From Escherichia coli (GTDB lineage: Bacteria > Pseudomonadota > Gammaproteobacteria > Enterobacterales > Enterobacteriaceae): a DNA stretch of 64,000 nt. Where the stretch lies: the NCBI RefSeq assembly GCF_003018235.1, contig NZ_CP027437.1; one strand, 5' to 3'. Shown one piece after another: positions 48,283 through 59,083 of this stretch; the stretch's first letter is position 1, and each line of letters opens with the position of its first letter. Below the pieces are notes generated by a model. It was given only the letters and a program-made list of their open reading frames with translations. It was not told the origin of the DNA and made no database searches. The translations under genes and the position numbers were made by a program.

Positions 48283-48617
48283 TATTCGTCGTCGCCAATC
48301 TCATCATCAATGTTGACGTCCAGGCCAGCGACCAGTTTCTTTCCTTGCTGAATGTTGAATGGACGAGTTTTTTGCGGGTTGTTCTGGATATCTGCATCCA
48401 GAAAACGCAAAAATGCATTCATGGTATGATCCTCCTGTTCATCTCCCAGTCGGCACATAAATACTTGCCCACCAGGCAGAATTTCGTAATGAATGCTGTC
48501 CTGGCCTGGCTTCAGTTTTAAGGCCTCACGCACTGGCGCGGGGATAGTTGTTTGTCCGCGTATCGTGACCTTTGATTCAGTGGTCAGTACAGCGTGAGAG
48601 CGAGCATTAGCGGGCAT
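48282..48617 (-). CDS. prlF: Type II antitoxin PrlF (SohA), AbrB/SpoVT-fold
   Basis: 111-aa ORF MPANARSHAVLTTESKVTIRGQTTIPAPVREAL with acidic C-terminus. Confidence 0.93.
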   Translation of the reverse strand: MPANARSHAVLTTESKVTIRGQTTIPAPVREALKLKPGQDSIHYEILPGGQVFMCRLGDEQEDHTMNAFLRFLDADIQNNPQKTRPFNIQQGKKLVAGLDVNIDDEIGDDE

Positions 48618-48765
48618 GATTCACTGTCCTTTTACAGCCTGTTTTCTGCTCAAATTATAAGCTTGAACTAAGGTAATGCAAATGCATTATTAATGGACGT
48701 GGGGACTTTAAACAATAAAAACATGGCACTAAGGCCATGTTTTGCGAGGGACGTTCCAAAAGAAA

Positions 48766-50337
48766 TCAGGTCACCGGTGCCGGGTTAAACACCGCCAGCT
48801 GGTTATGCAGTCCCCATTGATCTGAGAAGGTTTTCTTCTTCCCGCTGGCGACGTCGAGAATAAAGTGGAACAACTTCCAGCCCACCTCTTCAATAGTTTC
48901 TTCGCCAGTAGCGATGGTGCCCGCATTAATATCCATTAAATCAAACCAGCGGTTCGCCAGCTCGGTGCGGGTCGCCATTTTAATGACGGGTACCGCCATC
49001 AGGCCGTACGGCGTACCGCGACCGGTCGTAAACACTTGCACGGTAATCCCTGAAGCCACCTGTTGTGTGCCACAGACAAAATCGCTGGCTGGCGTCGCGG
49101 CGTAAATTAATCCGCGTTTAGTCGGGCGTTGACCGGGCGACAGCACTTCAACAATTGCACTTTTACCCGATTTAGCAATGGAGCCGAGCGCTTTCTCCAC
49201 CACGTTTGCCAGACCGCCTTTCTTGTTGCCCGGCGAAGGGTTGGCGCTGCGGTCGGTTTTTCCCATATTGAGATAGTTATCGTACCACTCCATCTCCTCC
49301 AGCAGCCGTTTGCCGACCTCTTTGTTCACTGCGCGTGGTGTCAGCAGATGGATCGCGTCACGCACTTCCGTGACTTCTGAAAACATCACCGTTGCGCCGC
49401 AGCGCACCAGTAGATCAGACGCATACCCAACCGCCGGGTTTGCCGTTACGCCAGAAAACGCATCGCTGCCGCCGCACTGCATGCCGACAACCAGTTCTGA
49501 AGCCGGACAGGTTTCTCGCTGCCGTTGATTCAGTTTGTGCAAATGGCGTTCGGCGACCTGCAAAATATCCTCGACCATGGACTGAAAGCCGACATGCTTT
49601 TCATCCTGCAAACTGACAATGCTGGCGCTTTCTACTGGAATAGCTTGCACATCATCTGTTCCAGTCAGCAGGCGCTCAGGCTGCAACTTTTCACAACCCA
49701 GACCAATCACCATTACTTCGCCGCCAAAGTTAGGGTTCAGCGAAATATTGTGGATGGTACGAATAGGCACAACTGCCGCCGGTGCGTTAATCGCCACGCC
49801 ACAGCCGTACAAATGATTCAGCCCCACCACGCCATCGACGTTCGGGTATTTCGGTAGCAGATCGCGTTCAATGATTTTTACTACATAGTCCACCACGCCT
49901 GCCACACAGTGGACGCTGGTGGTGATGCCGAGCAGGTTTTTGGTGCCCACGCTGCCATCGGCATTGCGATAGCCCTCAAAGGTGTATCCTTCCAGTGGCG
50001 GTAAGGGTTCCGGGACTTTGGTTGCCAGTGGCAGCGTGTGTAACGGTGGCGCTTCCGGTAGCACAACCATTGATTCGTCGATCCAGCTTCCGCGTGGGAT
50101 TGCGCGCACGGCGTAACCAATCACTTCGCCATAACGAATAATTTCACCATTAGCCGGAATGTCCAGCAATGCGACTTTATGCCCCTGGGGAATATGTTCA
50201 ATTAATTCCAGCCCATCCGGAAAACGCGTTCCTGCTTTCAGGCCATTATCATTAACAATAATTGCCACATTATCTGTGTCGTGAACTTTTATATAAAACG
50301 CAGTTGGCGTTTCTTGTCTGATTTCGATGTTGGCCAT
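48766..50337 (-). CDS. garD: Galactarate dehydratase
   Basis: 523-aa [31 protein letters not shown]. Confidence 0.95.
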   Translation of the reverse strand: MANIEIRQETPTAFYIKVHDTDNVAIIVNDNGLKAGTRFPDGLELIEHIPQGHKVALLDIPANGEIIRYGEVIGYAVRAIPRGSWIDESMVVLPEAPPLHTLPLATKVPEPLPPLEGYTFEGYRNADGSVGTKNLLGITTSVHCVAGVVDYVVKIIERDLLPKYPNVDGVVGLNHLYGCGVAINAPAAVVPIRTIHNISLNPNFGGEVMVIGLGCEKLQPERLLTGTDDVQAIPVESASIVSLQDEKHVGFQSMVEDILQVAERHLHKLNQRQRETCPASELVVGMQCGGSDAFSGVTANPAVGYASDLLVRCGATVMFSEVTEVRDAIHLLTPRAVNKEVGKRLLEEMEWYDNYLNMGKTDRSANPSPGNKKGGLANVVEKALGSIAKSGKSAIVEVLSPGQRPTKRGLIYAATPASDFVCGTQQVASGITVQVFTTGRGTPYGLMAVPVIKMATRTELANRWFDLMDINAGTIATGEETIEEVGWKLFHFILDVASGKKKTFSDQWGLHNQLAVFNPAPVT

Positions 50338-50711
50338 TGTGCAATATTCTCCAGCCAGGGGTTATTAAAATGAGGACCTGGTCTCATTTAAAAATAAATG
50401 ACTTCATTGGGTGAAATAAGAATGTCAGGAGTTTAAAGGCAGAAATGTGATCAATGTCAATCATTTCAGGGATTGCAGTGCCGCGCGGTAAGGTAAAGCG
50501 CAAATCTGTGCTTTAGCGCGCAACCTTATGTGCATATGCTCAAAATAATATTTAAATAGTATTAATTAAATTAGCATTTGCACAATGATTATTATTCTCG
50601 CGCTGCTTATACTAATTCCCGAGTTCATTGCCGTAACGGCATAAATAAAACTCATAAATAACACCTTCCCCATAATAATAAAAATCAGCATAAGTACCCG
50701 AGGTAAATAAA

Positions 50712-52046
50712 ATGATTCTGGACACCGTTGACGTAAAAAAGAAAGGCGTGCATACCCGCTATTTAATATTACTGATTATTTTTATTGTTACCGCCGTTAA
50801 CTACGCCGATCGTGCAACGCTGTCTATTGCTGGTACCGAAGTGGCAAAAGAGTTGCAGTTAAGTGCGGTTTCGATGGGTTACATCTTCTCTGCTTTTGGC
50901 TGGGCCTACTTGCTGATGCAAATCCCCGGCGGCTGGCTGCTTGATAAGTTTGGTTCGAAAAAAGTTTACACCTACAGCCTCTTTTTCTGGTCGCTATTCA
51001 CCTTCCTGCAAGGCTTTGTTGATATGTTCCCGCTGGCCTGGGCAGGGATCTCCATGTTCTTTATGCGCTTTATGCTGGGGTTCTCGGAAGCGCCATCATT
51101 CCCGGCGAACGCCCGTATTGTCGCCGCCTGGTTCCCAACGAAAGAACGTGGTACTGCCTCCGCCATCTTTAACTCGGCGCAATATTTCTCGCTGGCGCTC
51201 TTTTCGCCGCTGCTTGGCTGGCTGACTTTCGCCTGGGGCTGGGAGCACGTCTTTACCGTTATGGGGGTAATTGGTTTTGTGCTGACGGCGCTGTGGATCA
51301 AGTTGATTCATAACCCGACAGATCACCCACGTATGTCTGCGGAAGAGCTGAAGTTTATCTCAGAAAATGGCGCGGTGGTCGATATGGACCACAAAAAGCC
51401 GGGCAGTGTGGCAGCAAGCGGTCCCAAACTGCATTACATCAAGCAATTGCTCTCTAACCGCATGATGCTGGGCGTATTTTTCGGACAATATTTTATCAAC
51501 ACCATCACCTGGTTCTTCCTCACCTGGTTCCCAATTTATCTGGTGCAGGAAAAAGGCATGTCGATTCTGAAAGTGGGTCTGGTCGCCTCGATTCCGGCAC
51601 TGTGTGGCTTTGCGGGCGGCGTGCTGGGAGGTGTCTTCTCGGATTATCTGATCAAACGCGGTTTGTCCCTGACCCTGGCACGTAAGCTACCGATTGTGCT
51701 GGGAATGTTGCTGGCTTCCACCATCATCTTATGTAACTACACCAACAACACCACGCTGGTGGTCATGCTGATGGCGCTGGCTTTCTTTGGCAAAGGATTT
51801 GGTGCGCTGGGCTGGCCGGTAATTTCTGACACCGCGCCGAAAGAGATTGTTGGCCTCTGCGGCGGCGTCTTTAACGTCTTTGGCAATGTTGCCTCCATTG
51901 TCACTCCACTGGTGATTGGCTATCTGGTAAGTGAACTGCACTCCTTCAATGCAGCACTGGTTTTCGTGGGATGTTCAGCGCTGATGGCGATGGTCTGCTA
52001 CCTCTTTGTAGTTGGCGACATTAAACGTATGGAATTGCAGAAATAA
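50712..52046 (+). CDS. garP: Galactarate/glucarate/glycerate MFS transporter
   Basis: 444-aa ORF; 12-TM MFS protein; divergent from garD. Confidence 0.93.
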   Translation: MILDTVDVKKKGVHTRYLILLIIFIVTAVNYADRATLSIAGTEVAKELQLSAVSMGYIFSAFGWAYLLMQIPGGWLLDKFGSKKVYTYSLFFWSLFTFLQGFVDMFPLAWAGISMFFMRFMLGFSEAPSFPANARIVAAWFPTKERGTASAIFNSAQYFSLALFSPLLGWLTFAWGWEHVFTVMGVIGFVLTALWIKLIHNPTDHPRMSAEELKFISENGAVVDMDHKKPGSVAASGPKLHYIKQLLSNRMMLGVFFGQYFINTITWFFLTWFPIYLVQEKGMSILKVGLVASIPALCGFAGGVLGGVFSDYLIKRGLSLTLARKLPIVLGMLLASTIILCNYTNNTTLVVMLMALAFFGKGFGALGWPVISDTAPKEIVGLCGGVFNVFGNVASIVTPLVIGYLVSELHSFNAALVFVGCSALMAMVCYLFVVGDIKRMELQK

Positions 52047-52061
52047 GCAAAGGTATAAGCG

Positions 52062-52832
52062 ATGAATAACGATGTTTTCCCGAATAAATTCAAAGCCGCA
52101 CTGGCTGCGAAACAGGTACAAATTGGTTGCTGGTCAGCACTCTCTAACCCGATTAGCACTGAAGTTCTTGGTTTGGCTGGGTTTGACTGGCTGGTGCTGG
52201 ATGGCGAACATGCGCCAAACGATATCTCCACGTTTATTCCGCAGTTAATGGCCCTGAAAGGCAGCGCCAGCGCGCCAGTAGTGCGAGTGCCGACCAACGA
52301 GCCGGTAATTATTAAGCGTCTTCTGGATATCGGTTTCTATAACTTCCTGATTCCTTTTGTAGAAACAAAAGAGGAAGCAGAGCAGGCGGTGGCATCAACC
52401 CGTTATCCACCGGAAGGCATTCGCGGCGTCTCCGTTTCTCACCGCGCCAATATGTTTGGCACCGTGGCGGATTATTTCGCTCAGTCGAACAAGAACATCA
52501 CCATTCTGGTCCAGATAGAAAGTCAGCAGGGCGTAGATAACGTCGATGCCATTGCCGCTACCGAAGGCGTAGACGGTATCTTCGTCGGCCCCAGCGATCT
52601 GGCTGCGGCATTAGGCCATCTCGGCAATGCCTCGCACCCGGATGTACAAAAAGCAATTCAGCATATTTTTAACCGTGCCAGTGCGCACGGCAAACCCAGC
52701 GGTATCCTCGCACCGGTCGAAGCCGATGCGCGTCGTTATCTGGAATGGGGTGCGACGTTTGTGGCTGTCGGCAGCGATCTCGGCGTCTTCCGCTCTGCCA
52801 CTCAGAAACTGGCTGATACCTTTAAAAAATAA
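52062..52832 (+). CDS. garL: 5-keto-4-deoxy-D-glucarate aldolase
   Basis: 256-aa [27 protein letters not shown]; HpcH/HpaI aldolase family. Confidence 0.95.
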
Positions 52833-52867
52833 CCACCACCGCAACAAGAGAGATGATTGATATGACT

Positions 52868-53752
52868 ATGAAAGTTGGTTTTATTGGCCTGGGGATTATG
52901 GGTAAACCAATGAGTAAAAACCTTCTGAAAGCAGGTTACTCGCTGGTGGTTGCTGACCGTAACCCAGAAGCTATTGCTGACGTGATTGCTGCAGGTGCAG
53001 AAACAGCCTCTACGGCTAAAGCGATCGCTGAACAGTGCGACGTCATCATAACCATGCTGCCAAACTCCCCTCATGTGAAAGAGGTGGCGCTGGGTGAGAA
53101 TGGCATTATTGAAGGCGCGAAGCCAGGTACGGTATTGATCGATATGAGTTCTATCGCACCGCTGGCAAGCCGTGAAATCAGCGAAGCTCTGAAAGCGAAA
53201 GGCATTGATATGCTGGACGCCCCGGTGAGCGGCGGTGAACCGAAAGCCATCGACGGTACGCTGTCAGTGATGGTGGGCGGCGACAAGGCTATTTTCGACA
53301 AATACTATGATTTGATGAAAGCGATGGCGGGTTCCGTGGTGCATACCGGGGAAATTGGTGCAGGTAACGTCACCAAACTGGCGAATCAGGTCATTGTGGC
53401 GCTGAATATTGCCGCGATGTCAGAAGCGTTAACGCTGGCAACTAAAGCGGGCGTTAACCCGGACCTGGTTTATCAGGCAATTCGCGGTGGGCTGGCGGGC
53501 AGTACCGTGCTGGATGCCAAAGCGCCGATGGTGATGGACCGCAACTTCAAGCCGGGCTTCCGCATTGATCTGCATATTAAGGATCTGGCGAATGCGCTGG
53601 ATACTTCTCACGGCGTCGGCGCGCAACTGCCGCTCACAGCTGCGGTTATGGAGATGATGCAGGCACTGCGTGCAGATGGTTTAGGAACGGCGGATCATAG
53701 CGCCCTGGCTTGCTACTACGAAAAACTGGCGAAAGTCGAAGTTACTCGCTAA
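52868..53752 (+). CDS. garR: Tartronate semialdehyde (2-hydroxy-3-oxopropionate) reductase
   Basis: ORF 52853..53752; MKVGFIGLGIMGKPMSKNL Rossmann motif from the ATG at 52868. Confidence 0.93.
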   Translation: MKVGFIGLGIMGKPMSKNLLKAGYSLVVADRNPEAIADVIAAGAETASTAKAIAEQCDVIITMLPNSPHVKEVALGENGIIEGAKPGTVLIDMSSIAPLASREISEALKAKGIDMLDAPVSGGEPKAIDGTLSVMVGGDKAIFDKYYDLMKAMAGSVVHTGEIGAGNVTKLANQVIVALNIAAMSEALTLATKAGVNPDLVYQAIRGGLAGSTVLDAKAPMVMDRNFKPGFRIDLHIKDLANALDTSHGVGAQLPLTAAVMEMMQALRADGLGTADHSALACYYEKLAKVEVTR

Positions 53753-53848
53753 TGACGTCGTGCCCGGATGGCGTATTGCAATCCGGGCCTGGAATCCAGG
53801 CCGAATAAGAGAAACGCCCTCCGGCGTCATGTGGTAACAGGCATAGGT

Positions 53849-54994
53849 ATGAAAATCGTAATCGCCCCAGACTCTTATAAAGAAAGTTTATCTGCCAGCG
53901 AGGTTGCGCAGGCGATAGAAAAAGGATTTCGGGAAATTTTTCCTGATGCACAGTACGTTTCTGTTCCGGTTGCCGACGGTGGCGAAGGAACGGTGGAAGC
54001 GATGATTGCAGCCACCCAGGGTTCCGAACGTCACGCCTGGGTTACAGGGCCGCTGGGCGAGAAAGTGGATGCCAGTTGGGGGATCTCCGGCGATGGCAAA
54101 ACCGCGTTTATTGAAATGGCGGCGGCCAGTGGGCTGGAGCTGGTACCTGCGGAAAAACGCGATCCACTCGTGACCACTTCACGCGGCACAGGCGAGTTAA
54201 TCCTGCAGGCGCTGGAGAGCGGTGCAACAAACATTATTATCGGCATTGGCGGCAGCGCTACAAATGATGGCGGCGCAGGCATGGTACAGGCGCTGGGGGC
54301 GAAATTATGCGACGCCAACGGCAATGAAATTGGTTTTGGCGGCGGTAGTCTTAATACTCTGAATGATATTGATATTTCCGGCCTCGATCCGCGCTTAAAA
54401 GATTGCGTCATTCGCGTCGCTTGTGATGTCACCAATCCGCTGGTGGGTGATAACGGCGCATCGCGCATCTTTGGCCCACAAAAGGGAGCCAGTGAAGCGA
54501 TGATTGTCGAGCTGGACAATAACCTCTCTCACTATGCCGATGTCATTAAAAAAGCGCTGCATGTTGATGTGAAAGATGTCCCCGGCGCAGGAGCTGCGGG
54601 CGGTATGGGCGCGGCGCTGATGGCGTTTCTTGGTGCAGAACTGAAAAGTGGTATTGAAATAGTCACTACGGCGCTGAATCTGGAGGAACATATTCACGAT
54701 TGTACGCTGGTGATCACCGGTGAAGGGCGTATTGACAGCCAGAGTATTCACGGCAAGGTTCCGATTGGCGTCGCAAACGTGGCGAAAAAGTACCATAAAC
54801 CGGTGATTGGCATTGCGGGTAGCCTGACCAATGATGTTGGCGTTGTACATCAGCATGGCATTGATGCGGTCTTCAGCGTATTGACCAGCATTGGTACGTT
54901 GGACGAAGCATTCCGCGGGGCTTATGACAATATTTACCGTGCTTCACGTAATATCGCCGCGACACTGGCGATTGGAATGCGCAACGCGGGGTGA
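53849..54994 (+). CDS. garK: Glycerate 2-kinase
   Basis: ORF 53768..54994; MKIVIAPDSYKESLSASEVAQAIEKGF from the ATG at 53849; 381 aa. Confidence 0.93.
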   Translation: MKIVIAPDSYKESLSASEVAQAIEKGFREIFPDAQYVSVPVADGGEGTVEAMIAATQGSERHAWVTGPLGEKVDASWGISGDGKTAFIEMAAASGLELVPAEKRDPLVTTSRGTGELILQALESGATNIIIGIGGSATNDGGAGMVQALGAKLCDANGNEIGFGGGSLNTLNDIDISGLDPRLKDCVIRVACDVTNPLVGDNGASRIFGPQKGASEAMIVELDNNLSHYADVIKKALHVDVKDVPGAGAAGGMGAALMAFLGAELKSGIEIVTTALNLEEHIHDCTLVITGEGRIDSQSIHGKVPIGVANVAKKYHKPVIGIAGSLTNDVGVVHQHGIDAVFSVLTSIGTLDEAFRGAYDNIYRASRNIAATLAIGMRNAG

Positions 54995-55026
54995 CAAGGG
55001 CGCGCAAACCCTCTATACTGCGCGCC

Positions 55027-55403
<377 letters not shown>

Positions 55404-55413
55404 GTTTTACGTA

Positions 55414-55438
55414 AAAACCCGCTTCGGCGGGTTTTTGC
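55414..55438 (+). terminator. rnpB terminator
   Basis: Hairpin aaaacccgcttcggcgggttttt. Confidence 0.65.
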
Positions 55439-55509
55439 TTTTGGTGCACAGGGTAAGATGAATAAATATCTACGGTATTAATAATAGACTTTGTAAGAAG
55501 TTATTAAGT

Positions 55510-56697
55510 CTATATTGCATTTAAAAGGTCGTAATTATACGTATAGTCCTCTCTGGTAAAATATTGATTCTCTGAGTTATAAGCTTCATATGTATTATAT
55601 TTTACGACTTCAAAGCAATTGTCTGAAGAATTTTCGTCTTTCTCGAGTGTATTATCTGGAAGGAATTCCTCTGAGCTAGAGTCCTCTATGTTTAAATCTG
55701 TATTGTAATTAATTTTTGGATCGATTAGATAAGCATTTCCTTTGACGCTTTCATAATCTTTAATGATTATATCGATGTAATAATCTATTTTTTCTGATGA
55801 GAATGCTTTCATCTCTGGTAATCTAATTCTGTTCAAGTAATTGTTAATTTTCGATGAGCTTTTATATATTTCTTTTGTTAATTCATTTTCTAATTCATCT
55901 GTTAGAGTTGCTCTTGGTATAGATTCTATAATTGCAAGTCTCATAATTTTTAATTGTTCTTCGGTAATATCCCCAAGCGCATTTAAACAACTTTCGACAA
56001 GCTTAATTTTTTCTTCAGAATACATATCGCTAATGCTTGTTATAACAGGCGTTATTTTTAGTAAATAATCCCAGGAGATTGTGGCGTTTTGTGTTGAACT
56101 AACGAAATTTACCTGAAACATGTTGGCATTAGTAAAATCTGTGTCATCCAATTTAAAAGGATTTAAAATTGTATTGGCCATATGTTTATCTGTAAAATCA
56201 TAAAGTTCTAAATCGACATTCCGTAAGTCCAGAGAGGATAGATCAACTATACCTCCAGTCCCACAACTAAAGATTACGTTCAACCTCCTGATTTCATTGT
56301 AAATGTCTTTCAATGGGCAATTAACATTGATATTGCCTGTGGATATTTCCTGGTTTTTTAACGGTTCATTAATGGTAAGTTCACAGGTATTGTCTGATCG
56401 TTGAATAATTCGGGCGTTATAACCTAAAAAATCCAGACGAAGAGACGAGTCATTATAAAGAATTACATTTTGTAAGTACGCTAATTCTTTTTGAAAATCA
56501 CCAGTGATAATGCATTTCCCACCTGGTTGTAACGCGTTAAGTAAAGTGACCATTTGAACAGAGGTCTGTTTTAGTTTTTCTATGCCTGGTGCTAGTGCTT
56601 CGAGGTTATTTCCTATGGGGCTTTCAGGAAGATCATTCATTTTTCGACGGGCTAAATCACAACTAATATCATTACCAATTGATGAAACAGGGGACAT
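55510..56697 (-). CDS. yhaC: Uncharacterised pentapeptide-repeat-containing protein YhaC
   Basis: 395-aa ORF; very AT-rich; central run of pentapeptide-like repeats (DLSSLDLRNVDLELYDFTDKHMANTILNPFKLDDTDFTNANMF); position next to rnpB matches K-12 yhaC. Confidence 0.85.
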   Translation of the reverse strand: MSPVSSIGNDISCDLARRKMNDLPESPIGNNLEALAPGIEKLKQTSVQMVTLLNALQPGGKCIITGDFQKELAYLQNVILYNDSSLRLDFLGYNARIIQRSDNTCELTINEPLKNQEISTGNINVNCPLKDIYNEIRRLNVIFSCGTGGIVDLSSLDLRNVDLELYDFTDKHMANTILNPFKLDDTDFTNANMFQVNFVSSTQNATISWDYLLKITPVITSISDMYSEEKIKLVESCLNALGDITEEQLKIMRLAIIESIPRATLTDELENELTKEIYKSSSKINNYLNRIRLPEMKAFSSEKIDYYIDIIIKDYESVKGNAYLIDPKINYNTDLNIEDSSSEEFLPDNTLEKDENSSDNCFEVVKYNTYEAYNSENQYFTREDYTYNYDLLNAI

Positions 56698-56718
56698 TAT
56701 TTTATCCTTTATAAATAA

Positions 56719-57288
56719 TCAATAAAAATCATTATTAAAATGATCGGGTGAAAAAAAGAGAATTTGCCAACAATCTGAAGGAATGGCTGTTTTATTAAAG
56801 TACGTAGGGGGGGTTAAGATGGCTTCTTTTCGGGTGAATTTTGCACAATACTTAGAAATCGTCTCCTTAATATATTCCAGCTCTTTTTTATTGACGACTG
56901 AGCAAGTACATTGTTCACCAAAAGGTGCAAAAGTGCCTACATCTAATGTTTGTATGATGTAATCGTCATGTTCTCCTGTAGAAATATCTATGATGAATGG
57001 ACTCATATTTTCCGGTTGGATTCGGATCATGACAGAAGGAATATCGCCTTGATAGAAATTCAATGCAGTAATTGCAGATAATACTCTCCGCAGTTCATTA
57101 CTTATACTGTAAATTTTATTAACGTCATTGGTGGAGACAATTTCTGCAAACTTTCTTTTTACCGTCCAATAATCAATATTTCTATTGTGATTGTTAACCA
57201 CTGCGTGCATTGGCGGGATTGAAGGGTGAAAAATATGTGCAATTGGGAAGCCTTTCATTGATGCCTGCCTTGTCATCATGACAAACAA
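56719..57288 (-). CDS. yhaB: Uncharacterised protein YhaB
   Basis: 189-aa AT-rich ORF immediately downstream of yhaC on the same strand; start is uncertain. Confidence 0.75.
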   Translation of the reverse strand: MFVMMTRQASMKGFPIAHIFHPSIPPMHAVVNNHNRNIDYWTVKRKFAEIVSTNDVNKIYSISNELRRVLSAITALNFYQGDIPSVMIRIQPENMSPFIIDISTGEHDDYIIQTLDVGTFAPFGEQCTCSVVNKKELEYIKETISKYCAKFTRKEAILTPPTYFNKTAIPSDCWQILFFSPDHFNNDFY

Positions 57289-57513
57289 TAATAGATGCTT
57301 ATTTTCCTCGCAGGGTTCTTTCGCACTATCAAAAAACGCTCATTTACCCGGCGTTACAGTAAACGAAGCAACATTCTGTGGCCTACGCCGATCAAAAGCT
57401 CTGTGAAAATTTCCCTTGTTGTCTTTGTCTGACCTTATCGCGGCGACCAGCAATTATTCGTTTTGTGATCCTCAACACAAAATGCTATTCGTCACCTATG
57501 AGGGGAGAAGAAT

Positions 57514-57858
57514 TTATGGAAAACGATTGCATTCACAAAATGACGTCCTGTCAGAAGAGAAAAAGTTGACGTTAATCAATTGTTCGAGATGATCAATATT
57601 TGTATTCGAAATTTTAAAATATTGATAAAATAAATGTTTGTTCTCCAACAAATAGCGTGAAAAAATGTGACGTGCCGCATTATTTATCGCTGAAAATGAT
57701 TTATTTATAATAAAATTTGAGAACTTGCTCATTAAATTTAACTCAAAATTTGCCTGGTAATTATCCGGTAATTGCTTGAAATATGGTCTCAGCCCCTTTT
57801 TTGTATTAACCACATAACGAATGATGTTATCGCCATAAAATATGGTTATCCCCGTCAT
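57514..57858 (-). CDS. tdcR: tdc operon activator TdcR (ORF here is longer than I recall for K-12)
   Basis: ORF 57514..57870 divergent from tdcA, about 190 bp upstream; AT-rich; assignment is by position; boundaries uncertain. Confidence 0.45.
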   Translation of the reverse strand: MTGITIFYGDNIIRYVVNTKKGLRPYFKQLPDNYQANFELNLMSKFSNFIINKSFSAINNAARHIFSRYLLENKHLFYQYFKISNTNIDHLEQLINVNFFSSDRTSFCECNRFP

Positions 57859-58046
57859 TTTTTTTGACAAAAATCAGGGTTTATGCTGATTTTTATACTT
57901 TAACTTATTGATATATAAAGATATTTAATTGGAATAACGATACCATGGAAAGTATTGAAAGTTAATTTGTGAGTGGTCGCACATATCCTGTTCATTTCAT
58001 TTTGATACACTTCATGCCGTCAATGAGGTAATTAACGTAGGTCGTT

Positions 58047-58985
58047 ATGAGCACTATTCTTCTTCCGAAAACGCAGCACCTGGTAGTCTTTCAGGAAGTC
58101 ATTAGAAGTGGCTCTATCGGCTCGGCTGCAAAAGAATTAGGGTTAACTCAACCGGCCGTCAGTAAAATCATTAACGATATTGAAGATTATTTTGGCGTGG
58201 AATTAGTGGTGCGGAAAAATACCGGTGTAACATTAACACCTGCCGGTCAATTGTTACTCTCCCGTTCCGAATCCATTACCCGTGAAATGAAAAATATGGT
58301 TAATGAGATAAGCGGTATGTCTTCTGAGGCGGTGGTGGAAGTCTCATTTGGTTTTCCTTCATTGATTGGTTTTACTTTTATGTCCGGGATGATCAACAAG
58401 TTCAAAGAGGTGTTCCCGAAAGCGCAGGTTTCTATGTATGAAGCGCAACTGTCTTCGTTCTTACCGGCAATCCGCGACGGTCGACTGGATTTTGCGATTG
58501 GTACGTTAAGCGCAGAAATGAAGCTTCAGGATTTACATGTTGAGCCGCTGTTCGAGTCCGAGTTTGTGCTGGTAGCCAGTAAGTCCCGAACATGCACCGG
58601 CACCACCACGCTGGAGTCGTTGAAGAACGAACAGTGGGTGTTGCCACAAACCAATATGGGGTACTACAGCGAGCTGCTCACCACGTTACAAAGAAATGGC
58701 ATCAGTATTGAAAACATCGTTAAAACCGACTCAGTCGTGACAATTTATAATCTTGTTCTCAATGCTGATTTCTTAACTGTAATTCCTTGTGATATGACAT
58801 CACCTTTTGGTTCTAATCAATTTATTACTATTCCGGTTGAAGAAACATTACCTGTGGCACAATATGCCGCGGTATGGTCGAAAAATTATCGTATTAAAAA
58901 AGCAGCATCGGTTTTGGTGGAATTAGCCAAAGAGTATTCATCTTATAATGGGTGTAGACGAAGGCAATTAATTGAAGTTGGTTAG
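58047..58985 (+). CDS. tdcA: LysR-family activator TdcA
   Basis: 312-aa ORF MSTILLPKTQHLVVFQEVIRSGSIGSAAKELGLTQPAVSKIINDIE (LysR HTH). Confidence 0.95.
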   Translation: MSTILLPKTQHLVVFQEVIRSGSIGSAAKELGLTQPAVSKIINDIEDYFGVELVVRKNTGVTLTPAGQLLLSRSESITREMKNMVNEISGMSSEAVVEVSFGFPSLIGFTFMSGMINKFKEVFPKAQVSMYEAQLSSFLPAIRDGRLDFAIGTLSAEMKLQDLHVEPLFESEFVLVASKSRTCTGTTTLESLKNEQWVLPQTNMGYYSELLTTLQRNGISIENIVKTDSVVTIYNLVLNADFLTVIPCDMTSPFGSNQFITIPVEETLPVAQYAAVWSKNYRIKKAASVLVELAKEYSSYNGCRRRQLIEVG

Positions 58986-59083
58986 TTATTTGTTTTTATT
59001 TAAACATAAATAATCCACCTGTCTGTTTTGCAGGTGTCGGTTACGGTTACCTACATATTTAATTCAGGCTAAGAGGTTTTATA

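Noticed and set aside
57378-57569. 63-aa plus-strand ORF in the yhaB-tdcR spacer
   Set aside because: Overlaps the 3' end of the minus-strand tdcR ORF and has no convincing RBS; considered, then assigned lower priority than the divergent tdcR frame.
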